Positions 9,089-17,695 of a stretch of DNA of 55,695 nt are shown one piece after another. The position numbers and the translations under genes are program-made. The notes below the pieces were generated by a model. The model was given only the letters and a program-made list of their open reading frames with translations, did not search any database and was not told the DNA's origin. Location: positions 1-55,695 of the forward strand of contig MHRK01000047.1 in NCBI GenBank assembly GCA_001820955.1, given 5' to 3'. The stretch comes from Candidatus Taylorbacteria bacterium RIFCSPHIGHO2_02_FULL_43_32b. Lineage in GTDB: Bacteria > Patescibacteriota > Minisyncoccia > Phycocordibacterales > 2-02-FULL-43-11. Numbering within the stretch: the stretch's first letter is position 1; every line of letters starts with the position of its first letter.

Positions 9089-10186
9089 ATGGCGGAAATG
9101 CATGATCGAGATCTCCATATTACCATTAGCTCCGGCACGATTTTTAAGGCCGTGGTTATTGTCCTTTGCGTTTGGCTTCTTTTTGCGGTTAAGGATGTTG
9201 TTCTTGTTGTTTTGACTTCTATCGTCCTCGCATCTGCCATAGAACCCGTAATAGTTTCCATGAGAAAGTGGCGGATTAAACGCGTGGCCGCTGTCATCAT
9301 CACCTATTTGGTTTTAGCGATAGTTGCTTCAACTGTTGTGTTTTTTTTCATACCGTCTCTTGTTCAAGATACCGCCAGTTTTTTGGGGCAGGTGCCGAAA
9401 TATATCGACACTATTTCTTTGTGGAATCCTCTCCAGGAAGATTTTACGGCTGAAAAGAATACCGCCAAGGTGCTCTCTGAGGGTATTACCGAGGGAACAA
9501 GGGTGGTTGGAACTGGATTTTCACTGACCGGTTTTATGGATAATTTGTCGCAGATTTTCTCAAACGCTTCGGAAGGAGCTCTTAGAGTAGTAAGTCTATT
9601 TTTCGGCGGAATTCTTAGTTTCGTTCTGATTATTGTTTTGTCTTTTTATCTTGCTGTGCAAGAAAATGGGGTTGGGAATTTCTTGGCTGTTATTGTCCCA
9701 AATAAATACGAAAATTATGTGCTCGGTCTTTGGAAGAGAGTGGAAACAAAAATTGGTTATTGGTTCCAGGGTCAGCTTCTCCTTGGTGTGCTTGTTGGGG
9801 TTTTGGTCTACCTCTTTCTGATAGTTTTTGGGGTGCAAAATGCCATAGTCTTGGCTGTGATAGCCGCGTGTTTCGAAATAATTCCGCTCTTCGGCCCCAT
9901 TTTGGCTGCCATACCGGCCATTGCTGTCGGGTACGCGCAGGAGGGTGTGACTCTCGCATTAATTGTTGCCGGCGTTTATTTGATTATCCACCAGTTTGAA
10001 AATCATCTCATATATCCATTGGTTGTAAAAAAGATTGTTGGCGTTCCTCCACTTATCGTAATTGTCGCTTTAATTGTCGGAGGACAGCTCGCCGGATTTT
10101 TAGGCATTTTCCTTTCCGTTCCGATTGCAACTCTTCTTATGGAATGGTTTAACGATTTGGAGAAGAGTAAGCTTAGTAAAGCTTAG
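9089..10186 (+). CDS. AI-2E family (PerM-like) transporter
   Basis: Multi-TM protein with 'IPLFGP', 'QFENHLIYP', 'PLIVIVALIVGG' and 'LSVP'. Confidence 0.9.
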   Translation: MAEMHDRDLHITISSGTIFKAVVIVLCVWLLFAVKDVVLVVLTSIVLASAIEPVIVSMRKWRIKRVAAVIITYLVLAIVASTVVFFFIPSLVQDTASFLGQVPKYIDTISLWNPLQEDFTAEKNTAKVLSEGITEGTRVVGTGFSLTGFMDNLSQIFSNASEGALRVVSLFFGGILSFVLIIVLSFYLAVQENGVGNFLAVIVPNKYENYVLGLWKRVETKIGYWFQGQLLLGVLVGVLVYLFLIVFGVQNAIVLAVIAACFEIIPLFGPILAAIPAIAVGYAQEGVTLALIVAGVYLIIHQFENHLIYPLVVKKIVGVPPLIVIVALIVGGQLAGFLGIFLSVPIATLLMEWFNDLEKSKLSKA

Positions 10187-10288
10187 CAAGTGCTAATCAA
10201 CGAATGATACGAATATTAACGAATGAATTACGAATAAGATGGAACCTTTGAAAATCAAATTGTGGCCGTATTGGGTGAAAGGAAATTG

Positions 10289-10428
10289 AAAATGTAAAAA
10301 TCAAAATGGAAAATGACCCGCCTGCTTTGAAGTGACGAGGCGCGATGAAAGTAATAGTTATCGAGTAATGTATAAATGTTATGTTAAGCATTGAGACCAG
10401 AGCCAAAGCATTTCGGGCAGGCAATGTA
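10289..10428 (+). repeat. 140-bp module (repeat arm plus 105-bp insert), copy 1
   Basis: 137/140 identical to the reverse complement of 24186-24325. Confidence 0.92.
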
Positions 10429-10746
10429 GAATTAAAAATTTCGAAGTGGAGTACTTGGCCATATTGGTTGAGGGGAGGAATGTTGTTTGCTATCGTATTC
10501 ATTCTCTGGCTATGTCTCGGGTCTTATGTTGATAAAATGATCTGTATACCAACGCTAATTGTGGCCTGTCATCAATTTGCTTCTCTTCCTCTAACAAACC
10601 AAATAATTAATCCGCTGATCTGGATGCTCTTCGGTAGTTCTGATTTGATAATATATATTGCGAGTGGAACCGTTTACTTCCTTTGCGGGGCAATTCTCGG
10701 CTGGCTCTATGGCAAAATCAAACCACATAAAATTTTGTATTCTTAA
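10381..10746 (+). CDS. Small membrane protein, 'WPYW...GWLYGKIK' family
   Basis: Hydrophobic segments, with termini shared with 22367-22741 and 23922-24233. The true start is uncertain. Confidence 0.6.
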   Translation: MLSIETRAKAFRAGNVELKISKWSTWPYWLRGGMLFAIVFILWLCLGSYVDKMICIPTLIVACHQFASLPLTNQIINPLIWMLFGSSDLIIYIASGTVYFLCGAILGWLYGKIKPHKILYS

Positions 10747-10877
10747 ATTTTTACATTTAACACTGTCATTTTACATTTTGATATTTAAATTTTGCATTTT
10801 AATGCTCTATGGCAAAATTAAAAATCGCAAATTGTCTCAACTAAACGCTTCACGCTAAACGCTTTACGCTTTATCTC

Positions 10878-12314
10878 ATGTCTAACCCTTTTTATATAAC
10901 CACCACTCTCCCTTACGTTAATGCGGAACCGCATATCGGTTTTGCCATGGAAATCATTCGTGCAGATATTATTGCTCGCTGGAAAAAATCACAGGGATTT
11001 GACGTTTTTTTCAACACCGGCACGGATGAGCACGGGGCAAAAATATGGCAAAAGGCGAGCGGAGAGGGCATCCCCGTACAGGAATATGTAAACCAGTGCG
11101 CCGCAAAATTTCGGGATTTGAAACAGTTGCTTAACCTTTCGGATGGCATCAATTTTATCCGTACCACGGATCCAAACCACATCAAGGCGACCGAGGAGTT
11201 TTGGAGGAAGTGTGATTTGAGGGGGTACATTTATAAAAAAAATTATAAAATAAAATATTGCGTCGGTTGTGAACTTGAGAAGACCGAATCCGAACTTGTG
11301 GACGGAAAATGTCCAATTCATCCGAATCAGGAAATTCAGCTTATCGAAGAAGAAAATTATTTTTTCAAATTTTCTGAATTTCAGAAACCGCTTTTGGAAC
11401 TTTACAAAAAACAGCCCCGTTTGGTCGTGCCCGATTTCCGTTTCAATGAGATAAAGGCTTTCGTGGAAAGGGGGCTTCAGGATTTCAGTATTTCGCGCCT
11501 CAAAACAAAAATGCCCTGGGGTGTTCCGGTGCCCGGCGACGACGAGCATGTCATGTATGTATGGTTTGACGCTCTCGTAAATTACATTTCCGCGATAGGC
11601 TGGCCCGAGGACGAGGCTAAATTTAAGAAATGGTGGCAGGAAACGGGCGGGGTAGTGCAGTATTGCGGGAAAGATAATTTGAGACAGCAGTCCGCCATGT
11701 GGCAGGCCATGCTTATGGCAGCGGACTTGCCACCATCAAAAACCATAGTTATTGACGGCTTTATTACGAAGAATGGTCAAAAAATTTCGAAGTCTTTGGG
11801 TAATACTGTGGACCCTGTCGGCATTGTTTCGGAGTATGGGGTTGATGCACTTCGATACTATGTTGCAAGAGAGCTCCATCCATTTGAAGACAGCGATTAC
11901 ACTGAGGAAGGGTTCAAGAAAGCTTACAATGGAAATTTGGCTAACGGTATCGGTAACCTTGCAAGCAGGATTACTCAAATGATGATTGCCAATCAAGTAT
12001 CAGTTGAAATCAGCGAGGAAAAAGTGGAGAACCAAATTTACATCAACGCTATGGAAAATTTTGATATAAAAGCGGCCTGTGATGAAATTTGGAAAATAAT
12101 ACAGAAAACGGACCAGAGAATTCAAGAGATTCAACCTTTTCGGTTGGTAAAAACCGATCTTCAAAAAGGCAAAGAGGAAATTGCTTATCTCGGTAGGGAA
12201 CTCAACAAGGTCGCTGTTTTACTTTCCCCGATTATGCCTCATACATCTCGTAAAATTAAGGAAGCCATTGCGGAAAATAAAAAAACTGATACGCTATTTC
12301 CACGAAAGGAATAA
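10878..12314 (+). CDS. metG: Methionine--tRNA ligase
   Basis: 'YITTTLPYVNAEPHIG', 'TGTDEHG', 'YVWFDAL' and KMSKS-like 'KISKS'. Confidence 0.96.
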   Translation: MSNPFYITTTLPYVNAEPHIGFAMEIIRADIIARWKKSQGFDVFFNTGTDEHGAKIWQKASGEGIPVQEYVNQCAAKFRDLKQLLNLSDGINFIRTTDPNHIKATEEFWRKCDLRGYIYKKNYKIKYCVGCELEKTESELVDGKCPIHPNQEIQLIEEENYFFKFSEFQKPLLELYKKQPRLVVPDFRFNEIKAFVERGLQDFSISRLKTKMPWGVPVPGDDEHVMYVWFDALVNYISAIGWPEDEAKFKKWWQETGGVVQYCGKDNLRQQSAMWQAMLMAADLPPSKTIVIDGFITKNGQKISKSLGNTVDPVGIVSEYGVDALRYYVARELHPFEDSDYTEEGFKKAYNGNLANGIGNLASRITQMMIANQVSVEISEEKVENQIYINAMENFDIKAACDEIWKIIQKTDQRIQEIQPFRLVKTDLQKGKEEIAYLGRELNKVAVLLSPIMPHTSRKIKEAIAENKKTDTLFPRKE

Positions 12315-12421
12315 TTTCACCGCCATGATTCATAATAATAAAAAAGTTAGCTGGTCTAGTTTTGTTTAAGTGTAATGTCTGCAGTTTATTCGCTGCACAT
12401 TACAATTTTAAACAAAATTAA

Positions 12422-13075
12422 ATGATTCAACTTAACGATTCCTCCCTTAGAAAGATCATTTTGGCGCTCGCCATCTATTTGACTTCGCTATTCGCCGCAA
12501 ATACTTTGGGGCTTAAAATTATGCCTTTTATTTTCGGTTCCCATTTATCAGTGGCTGTATTTTCATTTCCGTTTGTTTTCTTAACCACAGACGTTATCGG
12601 TGAAGTTTATGGAAAACGAATCGCTAAACTTTTTGTCTTAGCCGGTTTTTTTAGCACGGCCTTGTTTATTGCCTATTCTTTTTTGTCTATCTATTTGCCA
12701 TGGTCGAGCGAGGGACTGTGGGCAAGGGAAGGCTACAATCAGATGTTTGGCGTTTCGATCCGCATAGCCGTGGCATCACTTTTAGCTTTTGTTATTGCAG
12801 AGTATCAAGATGTTTTGTCTTTTTTCTTTTGGAAGAAAAAGTTTGGAGAGAAATATTTTTGGTTGCGCTCAAATTTATCGAATCTCTGGTCGCAGTTTTT
12901 GGACACAGTCATATTTATGGTCGTGGCTTTCGCGGGTATTTATGAGACAAAAACGCTTATAAGTATTATCCTCTCATGGCGGCTCTACAAAGTGGCGATG
13001 GGATTTCTATACACCCCACTTTCTTATGCCGGAGTCAGGATTCTTCGCGGGAAGGAAGTTTCGGAAAATAAATAA
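12422..13075 (+). CDS. Queuosine precursor transporter (YhhQ/VUT family)
   Basis: 'FPFVFLTTDVIGEVYGKR', 'RIAVASLLAF', 'WLRSNLSN..SQFLDTVIF'. Confidence 0.88.
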   Translation: MIQLNDSSLRKIILALAIYLTSLFAANTLGLKIMPFIFGSHLSVAVFSFPFVFLTTDVIGEVYGKRIAKLFVLAGFFSTALFIAYSFLSIYLPWSSEGLWAREGYNQMFGVSIRIAVASLLAFVIAEYQDVLSFFFWKKKFGEKYFWLRSNLSNLWSQFLDTVIFMVVAFAGIYETKTLISIILSWRLYKVAMGFLYTPLSYAGVRILRGKEVSENK

Positions 13076-13773
13076 TGATAGTTCGGCCTTTAAAAACTAG
13101 AATATTTTGGGAGGGAGAAGACATTATTTCTTTCCTCTTTGAGTATGCGGGTAAATTGAAAGAAAGGTCGGTCGTTGTAGTTACCTCAAAAATTATTGCT
13201 CTATCGGAGGGGAGGACAGTATTCCCAAATAGTGCTGAAGCCAAGGAGAAAATCATTAAAGAAGAGAGCGATTTTTACATGAAGACTAAACATGTCTGGC
13301 TTACCATCAAAGACGGTATGGTGATGGCAAATGCAGGGGTGGACGAGTCAAATGCTAAGGGCAAGCTCATTCTTCTGCCCAAAGACAGTTTCCGGTCTGC
13401 GGAGCGCATCCGATCAGAGCTTCTGCAGAAGTTCGGTTTAAAGCGTTTAGGAGTATTGATTACGGACAGCAAAACGGTGCCGCTTCGTGCCGGAGTGACG
13501 GGGGTTGCGCTTGGTTATGCCGGTTTCTGTGGTGTGAGAGATTATCGGGGAAAGTCTGATATATTTGGCAGGAAGTTTGTGTATTCGAGATCCAACATTT
13601 CTGACGGATTGGCTACTGCTGCGGTTTTAACAATGGGGGAAGGACGTGAAAAATACCCAATTGCCATTATTGAGAATGCTCCGGTTCAATTTTGTCAAAA
13701 AGTGCGAAAAGCCGAATTAAAGATAAAATTGGAGGACGATATGTACAGGCCTCTTTTTTCAGGGAAAAAATGA
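13075..13773 (+). CDS. CofE-like (F420-0:gamma-glutamyl ligase family) protein
   Basis: 'VVTSKIIALSEGR', 'ANAGVDESNA', 'ITDS...PLR.G..GVALG', 'D.FGR' and 'MGEG.E..P'. Confidence 0.85.
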   Translation: MIVRPLKTRIFWEGEDIISFLFEYAGKLKERSVVVVTSKIIALSEGRTVFPNSAEAKEKIIKEESDFYMKTKHVWLTIKDGMVMANAGVDESNAKGKLILLPKDSFRSAERIRSELLQKFGLKRLGVLITDSKTVPLRAGVTGVALGYAGFCGVRDYRGKSDIFGRKFVYSRSNISDGLATAAVLTMGEGREKYPIAIIENAPVQFCQKVRKAELKIKLEDDMYRPLFSGKK

Positions 13774-14612
13774 TTCACCAAACAACAAATACTCGCTGTT
13801 TAATCAAGGCGGCTCGGAATCTTGGCTTGCGGGTCGAGATATTCGACAAGAATGGCAATTTTGTGATGGTTAGAGAGGGCGAAAAAAAATTATTTTTCGC
13901 CAACTACGCCACTCCTTTTAATAGTGCCTCTGTAGAAAAAATTTGCAAAGACAAGGAGTTCACCCATTTACTGTTGGAGAGCGTTGTTCGAATGCCGAGA
14001 GCAAAAGGTTTTTTCGATCCGCTTTATAATGAGGGGGGCGAGATCAAAAACGGCCGAGACACTTTGGCCTCTTTGACGCAAAAAATAATGGAGAGTTTTA
14101 CTTTACCTCTAATTTTAAAGCCAAATTCGAGAGCCAGGGGTTTAAACGTCGCTCTTTGCATCGAAAGCCGCCACGTCTACGATGCCTTGGAGAGAATATT
14201 TGATCATAGATCCGAGTATTATGATTACGTAGCTTTGGCCGAGGAATACGTAAAAATCGATAAAGAGTATCGGGTTGTAGTATACGATAAAAAAATAGCA
14301 CTTTTATATGAAAAAGATATTTCAGGCGCCGAATTCAACGGCAATTTAAGCCCACTTCATTGGGACGGAGCCAAGGCTGTGATTATAGAAGACGAGAATT
14401 TAAAGAAAAAACTTGCTGAATTTATATCACCAATATTCGATCAATTTGAACTAAATTTCGCGGGGCTTGATATTATTATTGGCAAGGATAGCAAAATATA
14501 TCTTTTGGAGGTAAATACCCAGATAGGATTTGCAAATTTCGTGAAAGACAACGGCGAAAAACCGCTTATTGAATTTTACGAAAAAATATTTAAACCCACT
14601 TTATATGAATAA
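13770..14612 (+). CDS. ATP-grasp ligase (RimK/cyanophycin-synthetase-like)
   Basis: 'CKDK', 'PLILKPNS...G..V', 'EYRVVV', 'GLDII' and 'LEVN'. ATG 13770 overlaps the upstream TGA (track start 13692). Confidence 0.8.
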   Translation: MIHQTTNTRCLIKAARNLGLRVEIFDKNGNFVMVREGEKKLFFANYATPFNSASVEKICKDKEFTHLLLESVVRMPRAKGFFDPLYNEGGEIKNGRDTLASLTQKIMESFTLPLILKPNSRARGLNVALCIESRHVYDALERIFDHRSEYYDYVALAEEYVKIDKEYRVVVYDKKIALLYEKDISGAEFNGNLSPLHWDGAKAVIIEDENLKKKLAEFISPIFDQFELNFAGLDIIIGKDSKIYLLEVNTQIGFANFVKDNGEKPLIEFYEKIFKPTLYE

Positions 14613-14791
14613 TACGTATACCTACCTGCTTGGTTTAGTGGTTTTTTGTTTTGTCTTTTTGTCCGTAGTGGTTTGGCGGCATTTGAGCCACAGGCGGTTT
14701 CTTAATCGCATACAGAAAGTTTTTTGACGTCTGACTTTTTTGCCGGACGTTTTTTGTTGAACCATTATTCATAATTCGTTATTCTTAATTC

Positions 14792-15679
14792 ATGATTCTC
14801 AAGTATATGGACGCACACGGGCATGTGAATTTCGTGGCCTATAAAGACGATAGGGGGGAGACGATAAAACGCTCGCTTGATGAGGGTGTCTGGATGGCTG
14901 TTGTCGGCACTCAAAAAGACACTTCGAAATCGGCAGTAGAATTGGCGGAGAAATATAAAGAAGGAGTTTACGCCATTGTTGGTCTTCATCCTATACATAC
15001 GGATAAATCATTTCACGATAAGGAAGAGCTGGGTGTTGGGGGAGCGGAGTTCACATCTCGAGGCGAACAATTTGACTATGATGCATATAGAAAAATGATA
15101 GAAAATTCAAAAGTTGTGGCCATTGGAGAGTGCGGGCTCGATTATTACCGTGTCGATTCGGACGGGACAAATTTGAAGAAACAGGAGGACATTTTTCGTC
15201 AGCATATCGAACTTTCTATCGAGTCGAAAAAACCGCTCATGCTTCACATCCGAAATGGTTCGGGCAGGTCGGCATATATCGATGCTGTTAAAATTTTGAG
15301 TAGCTACAAATCACGGTTAACAAATATTGGTGATGTCCACTGCTATACAGGCAGTTATGAAGAGGCCAAAGGTTTTCTGGATTTAGGATTTAGCATTTCT
15401 TTTACGGGGCTTGTCACTTTTCCTCTTCGAAAATCCGAGGCTAAAGGAAGAGAAGCTGGTGCGCGAAGTTACGATGAAATTGTCAGAGCGATACCGATTG
15501 AGCGAATTTTGGCAGAAACCGATTGCCCATACCTTGCTCCACAGCCGTATCGGGGCAAGCGTAACGAGCCCTTATATGTAAGCGAGGTGGTCAAAAGTAT
15601 AGCCGAAATAAAAAAGCTGGAGTTGGAAAATACAAGAGAGCAGATTCTCGAAAATACGCTTAAATTTTTTGGATTGTAG
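14792..15679 (+). CDS. tatD: TatD family hydrolase
   Basis: 'DAHGH', 'GLHP', 'AIGECGLDY' and 'ETDCPYLAP'. Confidence 0.93.
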   Translation: MILKYMDAHGHVNFVAYKDDRGETIKRSLDEGVWMAVVGTQKDTSKSAVELAEKYKEGVYAIVGLHPIHTDKSFHDKEELGVGGAEFTSRGEQFDYDAYRKMIENSKVVAIGECGLDYYRVDSDGTNLKKQEDIFRQHIELSIESKKPLMLHIRNGSGRSAYIDAVKILSSYKSRLTNIGDVHCYTGSYEEAKGFLDLGFSISFTGLVTFPLRKSEAKGREAGARSYDEIVRAIPIERILAETDCPYLAPQPYRGKRNEPLYVSEVVKSIAEIKKLELENTREQILENTLKFFGL

Positions 15680-15700
15680 GGTTTGGTGCGGTCAAAGAGA

Positions 15701-15722
15701 AAGCCGTCGAGAACGACGGCTT
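15701..15722 (+). terminator. Hairpin after tatD
   Basis: AAGCCGTCG-agaa-CGACGGCTT. Confidence 0.45.
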
Positions 15723-15961
15723 AAGAATGTAAGATGGGGAGAAAAAAGCCCCACCGCCCTACAATGAAAAAAAGAGCGATGGGGCTTCCACTCCGACCAG
15801 TCAACATGACCCCGCAGAGGCAAATTACTACTTTCAGCATACTCCAATAAAAAATTTGGTCAAGTACTTTTCGCTTGCGACTTTCCAATAGGGAAATTTT
15901 GACTTCTGTATCATTATTGTGCTAATCTCACTCCTACAAATTAGTAGTTATAAAGTAAATA

Positions 15962-16480
15962 ATGGAAGAAACAAATAAGGTCACCGAAGCCACCGTGGAT
16001 ACGGCAGAAGAAAAAGCCGAAGGAAAAATCTACGAAATTGGCTACCACATAGTCCCATCGGTGCCTGAGGACAAATTGGGAGCCGAGGTATCCTCTATAA
16101 AGGATATTCTCGAGAAGCAGAAGGCCGTTGTCGTGAGCGAAGAGTCGCCAAAGTTGCGCCAGTTAACCTACGAAATGCGCAAAGAGTTTGCCGGAAAGTA
16201 TCAAAAATACAATTCCGCCTATTTCGGCTGGGTAAAATTTGAGGCTGAACCTACAGATGCGCTCAAAATCGAAGCCGCCTTTAAGAAAAATCCTCAGATT
16301 TTGAGGTATCTTCTTATAAAAACTGTGCGAGAAAATACTATGACGGCACCAAGAATTCCTTCATACAGAAAGAGCGAGGTGCCGAAGTTTGAGGAGAAAA
16401 AAGAAGCCGATCAGACTCCTAAGAAAGAGGTTTCTGAAACAGAGCTTGATAAGGCCATTGATGCGGCCATAGCGGAGTAG
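15962..16480 (+). CDS. rpsF: 30S ribosomal protein S6 with N- and C-terminal extensions
   Basis: 'YEIGY...RQLTYE...AYFGWVKF...ILRYLLIK' and rpsF-ssb-rpsR synteny. Confidence 0.9.
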   Translation: MEETNKVTEATVDTAEEKAEGKIYEIGYHIVPSVPEDKLGAEVSSIKDILEKQKAVVVSEESPKLRQLTYEMRKEFAGKYQKYNSAYFGWVKFEAEPTDALKIEAAFKKNPQILRYLLIKTVRENTMTAPRIPSYRKSEVPKFEEKKEADQTPKKEVSETELDKAIDAAIAE

Positions 16481-16688
16481 CTGAAAAATAAAGAGCGTGG
16501 CGATTATATTTTTCGCTACCCCGTTAAGTTCTTTCAAATACAGCCTCCACGCATTTACCGTTTTCTCAATCCGTGGTACTATTGGCAGGGAGTGTTGTCT
16601 ATTACAAACAATTTGAAAGAATCTGCCCAGGGCGGATACTTAACGGGGTGATGATTTTTATACTCACTTCGTTCGTTAAAAATCTATC

Positions 16689-17150
16689 ATGTACATAAAC
16701 AAAGCAATTCTTTACGGAAATCTGACGAGAGATCCGGAAATTCGGGCACTGCCCTCGGGTATTCAGGTGGCATCTTTTGGTATCGCCACAAACCGCGTTT
16801 ACAAAGACAAAAACGGGGCCAAGCAGGAATCGACAGACTTTCACAACATAGTGGTTTTTGGAAGACAGGCTGAGACGGCCGCACAGTACCTTAAAAAGGG
16901 GCAGGGAGTCTTCATAGAAGGAAGAATCCAAACGAGGAGTTGGGATGACAAAGACGGCCAGAAAAAATATCGCACGGAAATAGTGGCAGACAGAGTGCAG
17001 TTTGGACCAAAAACGACTCCGGGAGGGAATTATAGCGGGGGTCAAAGTGCGACAGAAAAACCTGCTCCAGTCTCAAAACCCAAGGATAAAGAAGAGGGGG
17101 CGATCGAGTATCCTCAAGAAGAAATTAATCCGGAAGACATTCCTTTTTAA
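16689..17150 (+). CDS. ssb: Single-stranded DNA-binding protein
   Basis: 'NKAILYGNLTRDPE' and acidic C-terminus 'EDIPF'. Confidence 0.97.
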   Translation: MYINKAILYGNLTRDPEIRALPSGIQVASFGIATNRVYKDKNGAKQESTDFHNIVVFGRQAETAAQYLKKGQGVFIEGRIQTRSWDDKDGQKKYRTEIVADRVQFGPKTTPGGNYSGGQSATEKPAPVSKPKDKEEGAIEYPQEEINPEDIPF

Positions 17151-17171
17151 ACCGAAGGTTTAAAAAGGAAT

Positions 17172-17298
17172 TAAAAATGTAAAGATCAAAATTCAAAGTG
17201 ACAATGCAAAATTATAAAATGGAATACGTTAAATAGTTTTTCTCCAATTTTTGCATTTTAAACTGTCATTTTACATTTTGATATTTGAATTTTACATT
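17172..17298. repeat. AT-rich inverted-repeat element, family A (empty)
   Basis: AATGTAAAGATCAAAATTCAAAGTGACA...TGTCATTTTACATTTTGATATTTGAATTTTACATT. Confidence 0.75.
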
Positions 17299-17350
17299 AC
17301 GCTTGCTACAACACATAATTTACAAAATTTTAGAAACTTAAATACAAAAC

Positions 17351-17563
17351 ATGGCTTTTGCTAAAAAACAGTGCTATTTCACTCAAAACAATATCAAACA
17401 CGTTGACTACAAGGACTTGGAACTTTTGAAGAAGTTTCTGGGTCCTCAAGGCAACATTATGGCCAGGAAGCGCTCAGGTGTTTCTTCAAAATACCAAAGA
17501 AAGCTTGCTGAGGCGGTAAAACGTGCCAGATACATGGGGCTTTTGCCATACATCGCTCGATAA
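17351..17563 (+). CDS. rpsR: 30S ribosomal protein S18
   Basis: 'DYKD..LL..F....G.I..R..SG....QR.LA.AVKRAR.MGLLPY'. Confidence 0.97.
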   Translation: MAFAKKQCYFTQNNIKHVDYKDLELLKKFLGPQGNIMARKRSGVSSKYQRKLAEAVKRARYMGLLPYIAR

Positions 17564-17695
17564 ATATAAGTGGTTCACACAGCAATTCTGCGGGTCTCTT
17601 GTGCCGTGGCCGTTTTTGCTGTTATCCACATCAACGAACAGATTTTGTTTTAAGTTTGTATAATATAGCCATAGCAAAGTAAATTTTTCATAATT

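Noticed and set aside
12330..12421. preQ1 riboswitch upstream of the YhhQ-type transporter
   Set aside because: A hairpin is present (TGTAATGT...ACATTACA), but I could not match the preQ1-I stem-loop plus A-rich tail. An Rfam search is needed.
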